This document shows positions 54,506-63,475 of a stretch of 64,000 bases of DNA, one piece after another. Every line of letters begins with the position of its first letter. Positions within the stretch are counted from its first letter, which is position 1. The stretch comes from a phage. The stretch lies in the NCBI GenBank assembly GCA_024683775.1, contig GCA_024683775.1_4106.1. One strand, written 5' to 3'. A model generated the notes under the pieces. The model searched no databases. It was given only the letters and a program-made list of their open reading frames with translations, and was not told where the DNA came from. The translations under genes and the position numbers were made by a program.

Positions 54506-54711
54506 CAATCTTAAATGGACTGTTTTTGAAGTTATTTGCCATTAACACATCAAAACTACCAGATACTGATAAAATTATTAAGTTAAATGAAATCTATGTT
54601 CAAGCTACACTGGGAACTAACTATCAAGAAGCCAATGTGTATAATTACATTAATACACTCAAAAGGGTAATAAAATTAAAATGCACAAACAGCCAATACA
54701 CAAACCCCTAG
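54469..54711 (+). CDS. LGTNYQ-family small protein, member 23
   Basis: core TLGTNYQEAN; close paralog of member 22. Confidence 0.6.
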   Translation: MQMRIITETEYLTILNGLFLKLFAINTSKLPDTDKIIKLNEIYVQATLGTNYQEANVYNYINTLKRVIKLKCTNSQYTNP

Positions 54712-54911
54712 GAACAGCAGAATACATTGAACTAATGGCTGCAAACTTCTCATCCTTTAAGAAACTGATGCAAGAATCAAATAATGATTTAGAATATCAC
54801 ATCAAAAGTTCAGATTTAAGATTGCTACTCACTCTAGGAACAGATTCCCAAGAGCGATTTGTCAATGAGCATATTAGAGCACTTTTAAATGGCATCAGGA
54901 ATAAACTATGA
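54681..54911 (+). CDS. LGTNYQ-family small protein, member 24
   Basis: core TLGTDSQERF. Confidence 0.6.
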   Translation: MHKQPIHKPLGTAEYIELMAANFSSFKKLMQESNNDLEYHIKSSDLRLLLTLGTDSQERFVNEHIRALLNGIRNKL

Positions 54912-55123
54912 AGGAAATATCAAATCAAGAGTACTTGGCACTATTCAGGAAGAATAATCACAAATATATGGCACTTGATTCAAGAACTGATATAAGTGAA
55001 CTTCAGAAAAATCTTTTGCGTTCAGAGATGATAGTACTGACACTCTTAGGAACACAGCATCAAGAGAGAACTGTTAATTCACACATAGAGATTCTTATGC
55101 AGATAGTACAGGAAAAGATATGA
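54908..55123 (+). CDS. LGTNYQ-family small protein, member 25
   Basis: ATGA overlap; core LLGTQHQERT. Confidence 0.65.
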   Translation: MKEISNQEYLALFRKNNHKYMALDSRTDISELQKNLLRSEMIVLTLLGTQHQERTVNSHIEILMQIVQEKI

Positions 55124-55341
55124 GAATCATAACACAACAAGATATTCTTAAGTTCACAAGGGTTCATGCATCTGAATTTGATGCTATATTATCAAAAAGT
55201 TACAACAACCCTTATACAGAAGATGTACATTACAGTGAATTATGGATGTATATACTTTTAGGTACAAATAAGCAAGAGCAAGCAGTACAGAAGTATTTGA
55301 CAGCTTTACGTGATGCTACAGCTAATGGAGTACGTGTTTAA
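55120..55341 (+). CDS. LGTNYQ-family small protein, member 26
   Basis: ATGA overlap; core LLGTNKQEQA. Confidence 0.65.
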   Translation: MRIITQQDILKFTRVHASEFDAILSKSYNNPYTEDVHYSELWMYILLGTNKQEQAVQKYLTALRDATANGVRV

Positions 55342-55342
55342 T

Positions 55343-55594
55343 ATGAAAGTACTGACAGAACTAGAAATGTATCATAGATTTAATAAGTACTATCATTTAC
55401 TTAAGCCTATACAGAGGATTAAATGTCCATTTGAAGAGAAACAGGTTTTAATCTATGAGCACAAGTTCTTTGTATCATTAGGTACAGATCAACAAGAGTA
55501 CTATTTGACGTTGTACTTGATTACATTAATAGATTTCATTCACTATAAAACCACACAATCTAAACAAGCTAATAAAGAGAAATATGAAAACTAA
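55343..55594 (+). CDS. LGTNYQ-family small protein, member 27
   Basis: Start chosen at ATG 55343 right after previous stop (tracked ORF starts 55310); core SLGTDQQEYY. Confidence 0.6.
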   Translation: MKVLTELEMYHRFNKYYHLLKPIQRIKCPFEEKQVLIYEHKFFVSLGTDQQEYYLTLYLITLIDFIHYKTTQSKQANKEKYEN

Positions 55595-55922
55595 TATAAA
55601 ACTCAAGGTATATAAATCATTTGCAAGTACATACATCAAATGCCATACATGTAACTCTGTAATGGACTACAAAGGTAAGCCATTTGCACTTACTTATGAT
55701 AATACAAGAGGTTTTTATATATCTTTTGCTGATTACAAATATAACATGTACGAACACATTGACATTGAAGATTTAAGTACTTTATCTGAAGAGGAATACT
55801 TTCAAGAATCATTAGTATGGGATTTGGAGTTTCCTATGCCATTAGTACATAAAATGATAGTACTAATAAAAGAAACTAAACCTGTACCTAATGGTTATGA
55901 AGAACACATTATTGAGTATTAA
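55584..55922 (+). CDS. EE-FQ family protein (112 aa); near-duplicate of 55937
   Basis: C-terminal half DLSTLSEEEYFQESLVWDLEFPMPLVHKMIVLIKETKP almost identical to the next gene; cysteines C-x2-C near N-terminus. Confidence 0.65.
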   Translation: MKTNIKLKVYKSFASTYIKCHTCNSVMDYKGKPFALTYDNTRGFYISFADYKYNMYEHIDIEDLSTLSEEEYFQESLVWDLEFPMPLVHKMIVLIKETKPVPNGYEEHIIEY

Positions 55923-55936
55923 TATATAAGGTAACT

Positions 55937-56278
55937 ATGAAAACTAATATACAACTCAATGTATACAGTTCAGAAGAACATACATATATCAAATGCAGTC
56001 TATGTAAAGATGTAATGGACTACAAAGGTAAGCCATTCACAATTACTTATGATTCTGATGTTAATGATTTATATATATCATTTCTTAATTACGAAAAGAA
56101 AATATACAAGCACGTTGATATTAAAGATTTAAGTACTTTATCAGCAGAGGAATACTTTCAAGAATCATTAGTATGGGATTTAGAATTTCCTATGCCATTA
56201 GTACATAAAATGGTAGTCCTAATGAAAGAAGCTAAACCGGAGTTTAATGGTTATGAAGAACACATCGTTGAGTACTGA
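55937..56278 (+). CDS. EE-FQ family protein (113 aa); near-duplicate of 55584
   Basis: SD AAGG; C-terminal half near-identical to the previous gene. Confidence 0.65.
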   Translation: MKTNIQLNVYSSEEHTYIKCSLCKDVMDYKGKPFTITYDSDVNDLYISFLNYEKKIYKHVDIKDLSTLSAEEYFQESLVWDLEFPMPLVHKMVVLMKEAKPEFNGYEEHIVEY

Positions 56279-56281
56279 ACA

Positions 56282-56497
56282 ATGAAAATATTATCATACG
56301 AAGATTACCGCAAGCTTCGCGGTATTTTGCGACCAGAAATTCAAAGAATTAATTCTCTTCCTATATCTAATGCAGAATGTTCAGTACTGAAAGATGAGTT
56401 AATATTAAAACACACAGTAGGAACTAACTATCAAGCTGATAGTGTTCGATATCTAATTTGGGGATTAATATGCATAGTAAAGGAAAAACAAGCTTGA
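56282..56497 (+). CDS. LGTNYQ-family small protein, member 28
   Basis: 71-aa ORF; core TVGTNYQADS. Confidence 0.6.
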   Translation: MKILSYEDYRKLRGILRPEIQRINSLPISNAECSVLKDELILKHTVGTNYQADSVRYLIWGLICIVKEKQA

Positions 56498-56553
56498 CAG
56501 TACTTTTCATTACTGATATAGTACCTGTACGTTAATCATTAGGGTAGAAAATT

Positions 56554-56799
56554 ATGTTGAATTTTTTAAATTTCCTTATCGTCTTGTGTATTGTTCTTGG
56601 GATTGCACCATTTGTATTGTATTTCATGGATTCCGATGAAATGCAAAAGATGAATTGCACAAGGACAGGACAGAGTAGAGAAGAGACGATTCTTATGCCT
56701 GTTACCGTTATTGTTAATAATATGCCCATTACAAACATGGTCCCTACCCTAACGACAACGTACCAGTACTCTTGTACAGACGGAGAGAGGTGGAGATAA
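56554..56799 (+). CDS. small membrane protein (81 aa), N-terminal TM helix
   Basis: N-term MLNFLNFLIVLCIVLGIAPFVLYF; promoter-like CTTGACA at 56505; SD AGGGTAGAAAA. Confidence 0.55.
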   Translation: MLNFLNFLIVLCIVLGIAPFVLYFMDSDEMQKMNCTRTGQSREETILMPVTVIVNNMPITNMVPTLTTTYQYSCTDGERWR

Positions 56800-57122
56800 T
56801 GCGTAAGTTCAATTGTATTGTACGTAAGAATTCATGTTACATTGTAGTAGCTGATTTTAATACAGGTTCTGGGTTGAAGATATTTGAGTACAGAAAATGC
56901 AATAATTCTTTTCATTGGAAATTGGGTGCAAGAAAAGCAAAAACAATTTCAGTACCGAATTTATGTTCTATCTCTGAAGAAGAAGAGTTTCAGTACTTGT
57001 TAGTACATGATGATTCTTTAGGATTTACATTCGAAGATATGAAGGAAGTACAAAAGCAGATGATTGCACATTGTCATCTTCCACCGAATTTTGTTCAACG
57101 CGTATGTGAATTCTACATATAA
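56799..57122 (+). CDS. EE-FQ family protein (107 aa)
   Basis: Start chosen at ATG 56799 overlapping the upstream TAA, SD GGAGAGAGGTGGAG; motif EEEEFQYLLVHDDSLGF. Confidence 0.6.
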   Translation: MRKFNCIVRKNSCYIVVADFNTGSGLKIFEYRKCNNSFHWKLGARKAKTISVPNLCSISEEEEFQYLLVHDDSLGFTFEDMKEVQKQMIAHCHLPPNFVQRVCEFYI

Positions 57123-57131
57123 GAGAAGAAT

Positions 57132-57443
57132 ATGAAATTTAATATAGCAAAAACATCGAGTATATGTATTTTTGGTTATGCAGAAGAGTTAGGTGATATT
57201 GACATTCTTTTGTACAAAAAGGATGGTGTTATGCATTTCAAGTACCAGGATGAAGAGGCAGACAATTATCTTTTACCTAATTTAGTACAAATGCAGGAAG
57301 AGGAATTATTCCAGTACAGCTTAATATACGACATTGATATTTGCACGATGCCAGTATTAATTAGTATTCAAAAAGTGATGCTCGATATGTATGATAATTT
57401 AATACAAGGTACAGCAGGGATAACCAAACATGTCAATATATAA
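57132..57443 (+). CDS. EE-FQ family protein (103 aa)
   Basis: SD AGAGAAGAA; motif EEELFQYSLIYDIDICTMP. Confidence 0.6.
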   Translation: MKFNIAKTSSICIFGYAEELGDIDILLYKKDGVMHFKYQDEEADNYLLPNLVQMQEEELFQYSLIYDIDICTMPVLISIQKVMLDMYDNLIQGTAGITKHVNI

Positions 57444-57636
57444 GGATTTACCTAATGCATATATGTTGAAGTATAAAGAGTTTATTAAAGATGTATATGT
57501 AGATCCGTTCAATATAAAATTATCAGAGTTCGATGTATCATTTTATCTAGGGACAATAGTACAGGAACAATACGTTGATAAGCTCATAAGGTGCATGAAA
57601 AATGAGATTCGATGGAGATTAGATGCAAATGTATAA
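57430..57636 (+). CDS. LGTNYQ-family-like small protein, member 29 (core YLGTIVQEQY)
   Basis: 68-aa ORF with a divergent family core. Confidence 0.55.
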   Translation: MSIYKDLPNAYMLKYKEFIKDVYVDPFNIKLSEFDVSFYLGTIVQEQYVDKLIRCMKNEIRWRLDANV

Positions 57637-57880
57637 AAAGATAGATGCTTATTTGTATGCTTCAAAGTACAGGGATTTTTGTTTACGAGGGGGAGAGGAA
57701 GATTTCGCTCTGAGATTATCTGAATTTAATATGTTATTTTATCTTGGTACAAAAGAACAAGAAGATACAGTACAGAAATTTCTCAATCATCTTGTACAAA
57801 AAATTAATATGCAAATTTTGATGCTTAAGTTACAGAATGAGATAAATGAATATGAATCCAGAAATAGTTCAGGATCTTAA
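57623..57880 (+). CDS. LGTNYQ-family-like small protein, member 30 (core YLGTKEQEDT)
   Basis: 85-aa ORF, paralog of 57430. Confidence 0.55.
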   Translation: MQMYKKIDAYLYASKYRDFCLRGGEEDFALRLSEFNMLFYLGTKEQEDTVQKFLNHLVQKINMQILMLKLQNEINEYESRNSSGS

Positions 57881-58256
57881 AAAAGTAATATTTCTTTTGA
57901 ATACAAGAAGCTCTTTATATAAGGAGTTCAAGGATATTAAAACATCGTGTAATATAGATTTTTTTGAAACCATACATGCGGAGTTTCGTGATTTAATTGC
58001 AGATGCATTGTTTGAATTTTCCGAGAAATATCAAGGTACAGTCTTCGGTGTTAAGAATGTTCTTCGTCCAAGTACAGGTACAAGGAAGATTGAGTTATCA
58101 CATTTTACAATTGGTAACAACGATTTATTCAGTTATAACCCCAGTACATCTTTATATTTTATTCCTGTTTCAGACAAAAATCATCCTATTCATTACGGAT
58201 GGATTATATCTTATACAATAAATGGAACGGAGTATCCTATCAAATGGCACGATTAG
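57846..58256 (+). CDS. hypothetical protein (136 aa)
   Basis: ORF overlapping the previous gene's 3' end. Confidence 0.5.
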   Translation: MNMNPEIVQDLKKVIFLLNTRSSLYKEFKDIKTSCNIDFFETIHAEFRDLIADALFEFSEKYQGTVFGVKNVLRPSTGTRKIELSHFTIGNNDLFSYNPSTSLYFIPVSDKNHPIHYGWIISYTINGTEYPIKWHD

Positions 58257-58396
58257 GGTGTGAAGATTATAATATGAATATATTATTAAGAAATATTAAT
58301 GCAGATTATTGTGTATGGGTTAAGAATAGAGATATGATGTATTATGATTTTTATTTAGATTGTGCCATTAAGCGTTATTTGAGGGAAGAATTTTAA
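58244..58396 (+). CDS. small hypothetical protein (50 aa)
   Basis: Start chosen at ATG 58244 overlapping the upstream stop (tracked ORF starts 58199 inside the previous gene); uncertain. Confidence 0.35.
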   Translation: MARLGCEDYNMNILLRNINADYCVWVKNRDMMYYDFYLDCAIKRYLREEF

Positions 58397-58578
58397 TGAA
58401 ATCATATGAAGCAAGAACATTTGATGATTTAAATAATTCATTGATTACAAGCATTAAGATGTATTACAATATACATTTAAAGGGTGGAATTAATGATTTT
58501 AGTTATTATCTTAGTGCAATATTACAAGAGCATTTAAATTATCAAGATCGTTTATTACATCCAAATCCACCAAATTAA
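58396..58578 (+). CDS. small hypothetical protein (60 aa)
   Basis: ORF overlapping the previous stop (TAATG). Confidence 0.45.
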   Translation: MKSYEARTFDDLNNSLITSIKMYYNIHLKGGINDFSYYLSAILQEHLNYQDRLLHPNPPN

Positions 58579-58589
58579 GGAATACCAAT

Positions 58590-59150
58590 ATGAATGATAT
58601 TGAGTTATTGGTACATAAGATTTGCACAATATCGTTAGTGCTGAACAATGCGAATACAGTACAGAGTTCCCTTTTAAGAATTAATAAAGTTGGGAGTAGT
58701 TTATATTTGGAAGTAAAAGCTGGTTTTGCAGGACAGTACAATGATAAAATCAAAGAAGAAGTTAAGGGAAATGAAGATGCTTTCATTGAGGTTTGTGCAA
58801 CAGTTGGTTCAAATCCAATTTCAGTATCACCTTTAATGCGAAATGAAAATTCAGAATTTGATTCCAGTTTTGAAGGTTATTTGTGGTACAATTATGGTGA
58901 TGATTATTTTATATATCAAAATTCCAAAACGGATTATAGTGAAGAAGGTATAAAATTCATTGATCCTTACAATGAAGCAGAAGTATTTCAGACATCCCTA
59001 ATATACAATACAAATCAAATGAAGTATCTTATGTTGTTTAGTACAATGCATTTGAATCCATTGAAAGATAATTTAAAATTTTTCATTCGTTTAGAATTAG
59101 TTGATATTGCTTATGATCTTTTAATGCAAGGATATAGTTATGAAGTATAA
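58590..59150 (+). CDS. EE-FQ family protein (186 aa)
   Basis: SD AAGGAATA; motif EAEVFQTSLIYNTNQM. Confidence 0.6.
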   Translation: MNDIELLVHKICTISLVLNNANTVQSSLLRINKVGSSLYLEVKAGFAGQYNDKIKEEVKGNEDAFIEVCATVGSNPISVSPLMRNENSEFDSSFEGYLWYNYGDDYFIYQNSKTDYSEEGIKFIDPYNEAEVFQTSLIYNTNQMKYLMLFSTMHLNPLKDNLKFFIRLELVDIAYDLLMQGYSYEV

Positions 59151-59451
59151 AATGCTGTATACATTAACATTAATATATGTAGAATTAGAATCCGATTCAG
59201 ATGCATGGAATTTGGTTAAAGAGGTCGATACCAATCAATGGTACATGGCAAATTTAGACGAACATGTTGTTACGGATTATTTTATAGATTTTAATACATT
59301 ATCTGAAGAAGAATTTTTCCAAATGCAATTGGTGGTTGACATGTACGGACATGACATGGTAACATTAAGAAATATACAGAAAGTCGTTAATGAATTCCAA
59401 AGCAAGAAAGATTATGAGGTAGGAGCGTATTATGACATCGACGTACAGTGA
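59140..59451 (+). CDS. EE-FQ family protein (103 aa); paralog of 59457
   Basis: Motif LSEEEFFQMQLVVDMYGHD; N-term MKYKMLYTLTLIYVELESD. Confidence 0.6.
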   Translation: MKYKMLYTLTLIYVELESDSDAWNLVKEVDTNQWYMANLDEHVVTDYFIDFNTLSEEEFFQMQLVVDMYGHDMVTLRNIQKVVNEFQSKKDYEVGAYYDIDVQ

Positions 59452-59456
59452 AAGCA

Positions 59457-59798
59457 ATGAGTACAATAGTTATGATATATAAAATGCTTTATACAGTATC
59501 GGGGATATATGTAGAATTAGAACCCGATTATCCAGATGGATGGAATTTTATTAAACGCTCCGAAAGAAATACATGGCACATGGCACATTTGGATAATGAC
59601 GTAATATTAGACAATTTTGTGGATTTTAATACATTATCAGAAGAAGAATTCTTCCAAATGCAATGTGTGCTTGACACAAAAGGATTTGATGTGCTATTAT
59701 TAAAGAATATACAGAAAGCTGTTAACGAATTAATATCCAATGACGAGTTAGGCAAAGTGAGGCTGTTCCATGATCTCGAAGTACCGTACCAGCAATGA
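59457..59798 (+). CDS. EE-FQ family protein (~113 aa); paralog of 59140
   Basis: Tracked ORF begins at GTG 59448; first ATG is 59457, and ATG 59472 (MIYKMLYTV) is also possible; motif LSEEEFFQMQCVLDTKGFD. Confidence 0.55.
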   Translation: MSTIVMIYKMLYTVSGIYVELEPDYPDGWNFIKRSERNTWHMAHLDNDVILDNFVDFNTLSEEEFFQMQCVLDTKGFDVLLLKNIQKAVNELISNDELGKVRLFHDLEVPYQQ

Positions 59799-60339
59799 AA
59801 TTCAGTACACCTACGCTAATGCAATCCTAATGGGACAAAAGTTAGCTTGTATTGTTGCAGCCTTATATAATGTACAAAAAGCAGCACATAATAAAAAACC
59901 ATATACAAGAATCATTAACGCATTCATGGGGTTTAAACCATCTGATTTTGATTCACATATTGCGTGCACAAGTTATTTTGACAAACGATTCAATACACCT
60001 GATACCCCAAATGCCCGTAGTGTTATTAGTCTTTTACAGTTTAATCCAACACCAGTTATATCAAAGAATGATTTGGATTACACATGGTACAATTCAAATC
60101 AAGATTCATTTTATTCTAATGATCAATCGATTGAATATAATAAAATTAAATCAGAGGAAGCATTTTTTCAGGAATCATTATTTACACATGAACGTTCTTT
60201 GTTTTATAGTGTTATGTTGAGTACAGTATACAATAGTCCATTACACAAGAATAACAAAATTAATTTCAGTTTTTGTGCTTATGCGATTGATGGTGTTTAT
60301 GAGTGCTTAATGGAGGTATTGAGTTATGAAGCTGAATAA
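59770..60339 (+). CDS. EE-FQ family protein (189 aa)
   Basis: Motif EEAFFQESLFTHERSLF; overlaps previous gene by 29 nt. Confidence 0.55.
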   Translation: MISKYRTSNEIQYTYANAILMGQKLACIVAALYNVQKAAHNKKPYTRIINAFMGFKPSDFDSHIACTSYFDKRFNTPDTPNARSVISLLQFNPTPVISKNDLDYTWYNSNQDSFYSNDQSIEYNKIKSEEAFFQESLFTHERSLFYSVMLSTVYNSPLHKNNKINFSFCAYAIDGVYECLMEVLSYEAE

Positions 60340-60667
60340 TACATTTGATATTAAGAAGTTAAGAGAATGGTTTTATAGTATTGAAATTGAAGCCATTCCT
60401 TATCATAGATATGAACAAAGTGATTTACAAAGTATTGATATCAGAGAGTTGTACAAATATTATCAGAGTGCATTAGAGATGCATAAGTTATTTTTGAGTA
60501 CAAATTTCATTCTAAATTACAATTTTGAGGAATTTAATAATTATAATTTAGTACAGAAATATGTAGTAGCAAAGTACATGTACAATCAAGGTATCAAAGG
60601 TTGCCTCGAATTCAATACCGTTCTTATTTTAGTTGAGGTAATTTTATGCACCGCATGTCTGATTTAG
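60326..60667 (+). CDS. hypothetical protein (113 aa)
   Basis: ORF overlapping neighbours on both sides. Confidence 0.5.
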   Translation: MKLNNTFDIKKLREWFYSIEIEAIPYHRYEQSDLQSIDIRELYKYYQSALEMHKLFLSTNFILNYNFEEFNNYNLVQKYVVAKYMYNQGIKGCLEFNTVLILVEVILCTACLI

Positions 60668-61143
60668 AGTTCAGTTTAGATGCAGCCTTTAAATTTGTTC
60701 ACAAAATTGAAACAATATATCGTACATTATGTGCAATAACATCAGTATCAAAAGAGTTTGATGTTGGTGAAAGGTATCAGGTGTGGAATAATTCATTTTA
60801 TAATAAAGAACATTCTGCGACGGCATTTTATATTTTAGCATTTAATCCCAGCAATTGTTACCCAGAGAAGCATGAACGTTATCCAAATGACGACATGTGG
60901 TTTGAGTACAAAGAAGATGCTGATATGTCGTCAATTGTAGTTCCTGATGATTTTAATGCACAAGATTTAACAGAAGAGTGGTGGTTCCAGCAGAATTTAG
61001 TACATGATGATATTGATTTATTTTTCTATATTGCATTTAAAATGCTTTATCACAACAATATAGTTAAAGAAAGTTTATCGTTTTCATGTCTATATATTGA
61101 TGATTTGTACAATGAAATTCAAATAAACATGCCTGTATCGTAA
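60646..61143 (+). CDS. EE-FQ family protein (165 aa)
   Basis: Motif EEWWFQQNLVHDDIDLFFY. Confidence 0.6.
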   Translation: MHRMSDLEFSLDAAFKFVHKIETIYRTLCAITSVSKEFDVGERYQVWNNSFYNKEHSATAFYILAFNPSNCYPEKHERYPNDDMWFEYKEDADMSSIVVPDDFNAQDLTEEWWFQQNLVHDDIDLFFYIAFKMLYHNNIVKESLSFSCLYIDDLYNEIQINMPVS

Positions 61144-61215
61144 GATATGGGCTTTTTTTGTTTGACACGAGTACAAATGCATGGTACAATGTGTAATCAT
61201 TTTAAGGAGATACCT

Positions 61216-61791
61216 ATGGAAAATTTTAAAATACCAGATGATTTCAATTCAGTACAAGAGATTGTACACAAGGTTCATTATATTTTTAATGAATTAATTA
61301 TTGCCAATTCATCCGGTATGCAAATTGAGTTAAAGGATATTGATAGAGAAGAAGTTTTTTTGGGTTCCCCAAATTCAATCATTCCTTTTTATGGACAAGA
61401 TCGTTTATGGTTCATGAGAGATACCCCAATTGACAAATACAAAATACAAACAAAATCAGAGTTTTATTCTATTTTTGAATATCTTAATATTACATTACAA
61501 ACACAAGATATAAATGCAATAAGTGCCATGAGTGCTGAGGAATATTTTCAGTACAGTACATTGCATAGTCCAGAAGAAATCTTTGTTGTTATGCTCGTTG
61601 CAAAATTAAGTACAGTTGATTTTGGGACGTACCCAAATAAATCATTCAAGATTATTATTCCTGCATTCGTTGATCTTTATGATTTCATTGTGCACAAGAA
61701 AGAAAGTACAGTGTACGATATGTATCGTTCAAATATCAGTTTATTTGCATCAAGTGCAGTAAATGCAGTGATTACAGGGGAATTAAAATGA
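61216..61791 (+). CDS. EE-FQ family protein (191 aa)
   Basis: Start chosen at ATG 61216 after TTTGACA-N17-TACAAT promoter-like box (61163-61191) and AAGGAG SD; motif AEEYFQYSTLHSPEEIF. Confidence 0.65.
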   Translation: MENFKIPDDFNSVQEIVHKVHYIFNELIIANSSGMQIELKDIDREEVFLGSPNSIIPFYGQDRLWFMRDTPIDKYKIQTKSEFYSIFEYLNITLQTQDINAISAMSAEEYFQYSTLHSPEEIFVVMLVAKLSTVDFGTYPNKSFKIIIPAFVDLYDFIVHKKESTVYDMYRSNISLFASSAVNAVITGELK

Positions 61792-62396
61792 ACATAGACC
61801 AATTAATGAAGTACAGTACAAGTGCAATCACAGTGCTAAGTAAAGCATTAGATTCATTCAATGCTAAGTACCCTGAAGGTTCAGAGTTAAATATTCCTTT
61901 TACCACAGAGGGGATTGTTGATACGTACATTGTAAACATCAGTAGTACAGGTATTGTTTTGAAGCAAAAGTACGGCGAAAGTGAATATTATGGATTGAAG
62001 CTGGATAATATTTCAGGAGAGAAGACACCTTATGAGTTTTGGGTTCCGAATAACATTGAGTCATGGAAAACAAATATTAATAAGAGAGACGAAAGAAATT
62101 TACCTCTTGTACAAAATAATGAAAAAAGAATTGATGTATTTTATTATTACAGTACAGCCCAGTTTCCAGAAGAGATTTATTTAAATTCAGAGGTGCATGA
62201 AGATATTGAATCATTTTTCTTTCAGTTATCATTGGTACAGGATATCATGCCTGTGCAAATGTTCAGGGATGAAATAAATTTAGCGAAAGAGATTTCGGAT
62301 ATGTTACCTGAATTTAGTGTTCTTTATGGTAGTAGAGCTTTACCTGAAAATGTTTACAAAGAATTTATTTCCATTGTTAAAGGGTTGAATATATAA
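61788..62396 (+). CDS. EE-FQ family protein (202 aa)
   Basis: ATGA overlap; motif ESFFFQLSLVQDIMPV. Confidence 0.6.
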   Translation: MNIDQLMKYSTSAITVLSKALDSFNAKYPEGSELNIPFTTEGIVDTYIVNISSTGIVLKQKYGESEYYGLKLDNISGEKTPYEFWVPNNIESWKTNINKRDERNLPLVQNNEKRIDVFYYYSTAQFPEEIYLNSEVHEDIESFFFQLSLVQDIMPVQMFRDEINLAKEISDMLPEFSVLYGSRALPENVYKEFISIVKGLNI

Positions 62397-62397
62397 T

Positions 62398-62592
62398 ATG
62401 ACCGCCTATGATATCAAACAAAGGCATACGAAGTTTGATTTGTTCACATACCAATTCCACAATGATATAGTGAATTTTAACATCAATGCGTCATTGCATC
62501 CTACATCACAAGATGATTTTGACAACAGAGTGCTTAACATCGTGGTGCTTTTGTGTTATAATCATTTCAGTGAATATTTTAACACAAGATAA
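62398..62592 (+). CDS. small hypothetical protein (64 aa)
   Basis: ORF 1 nt after previous stop. Confidence 0.45.
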   Translation: MTAYDIKQRHTKFDLFTYQFHNDIVNFNINASLHPTSQDDFDNRVLNIVVLLCYNHFSEYFNTR

Positions 62593-62605
62593 GGTTGAGG
62601 CACAC

Positions 62606-63124
62606 ATGTATCAGGCCAAGTACAATACATCATATGCATTTGCACACAACATTTTGAAGATCATCAAAGCGTTAGAGGGTGGATTGCTTAGTCATAAGTA
62701 CACCAAAGTAGGTGACAATTGGTTCAGAAATGATGATGAGTTCAGAAGTCATAAGATTGTTTACAGCAATAATTACAGTGCTAATTACCTTCAGGATGTT
62801 GCTATGTGCTTCGAATACGTGTTACAGTTCAGGGGTTCCATCAGTCCTGAGCTAAGAGAACACATGTACATTCGATACCTACCAATGCTTAAGGATGAGA
62901 AAACAATATTCAATTCAGTACACCACAGAGTACGAGAGAGAACATTCAGGGATATTTTAGAAGATGAAGCTGCATATTTCCAGCAATCATTGATTGATGC
63001 TCCTGATGTGTTACAGATGCAGAATTTGTATAATGTATTAGATGCGAACATCGATACGGATATCTTTTTTTCCTTAAGTGATTATGAAACATTTTTGGAA
63101 GATTTAAAGGAAATAGGATTATGA
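62606..63124 (+). CDS. EE-FQ family protein (172 aa)
   Basis: Start chosen at ATG 62606 with SD AAGGTTGAGG; motif EAAYFQQSLIDAPDVL. Confidence 0.6.
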   Translation: MYQAKYNTSYAFAHNILKIIKALEGGLLSHKYTKVGDNWFRNDDEFRSHKIVYSNNYSANYLQDVAMCFEYVLQFRGSISPELREHMYIRYLPMLKDEKTIFNSVHHRVRERTFRDILEDEAAYFQQSLIDAPDVLQMQNLYNVLDANIDTDIFFSLSDYETFLEDLKEIGL

Positions 63125-63465
63125 GTAGATTTTCAGTTTATATAGTAAACGTCAGTAAAGATGGTAGTTTAATTGAATTTGATGTAGTTGATGACAATGA
63201 TAATTCATATGGTATTAAGGTACAGGACAATGATGTACAGTTCAGTACAAGGACAAATTTTGAGAATCCAGTCCAAGTTCCGAATTTCATAGAAGATGAA
63301 GCTGCACGATTCCAATACGAAACGGCCTTTGATAATTTAGCGATGCATATTATTATGCAACAAAGTTTAGTTCAATTGCTTCAGGTATTCAGACAAAATA
63401 TATATGTACATGAAGTGTCGATTAATGGCATTCAAAGTTCCGTTTTGTTCGGTACAAATATGTAA
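63121..63465 (+). CDS. EE-FQ family protein (114 aa)
   Basis: ATGA overlap; motif EAARFQYETAFDNLAM. Confidence 0.55.
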   Translation: MSRFSVYIVNVSKDGSLIEFDVVDDNDNSYGIKVQDNDVQFSTRTNFENPVQVPNFIEDEAARFQYETAFDNLAMHIIMQQSLVQLLQVFRQNIYVHEVSINGIQSSVLFGTNM

Positions 63466-63475
63466 GGAAAGTACA

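Noticed and set aside
59852-60220. ORF 59852..60220 (+, 122 aa) and ORF 57997..58221 (+, 74 aa)
   Set aside because: Alternative-frame ORFs inside 59770..60339 and 57846..58256; low-complexity translation (Ile/Leu/His-rich), no SD.
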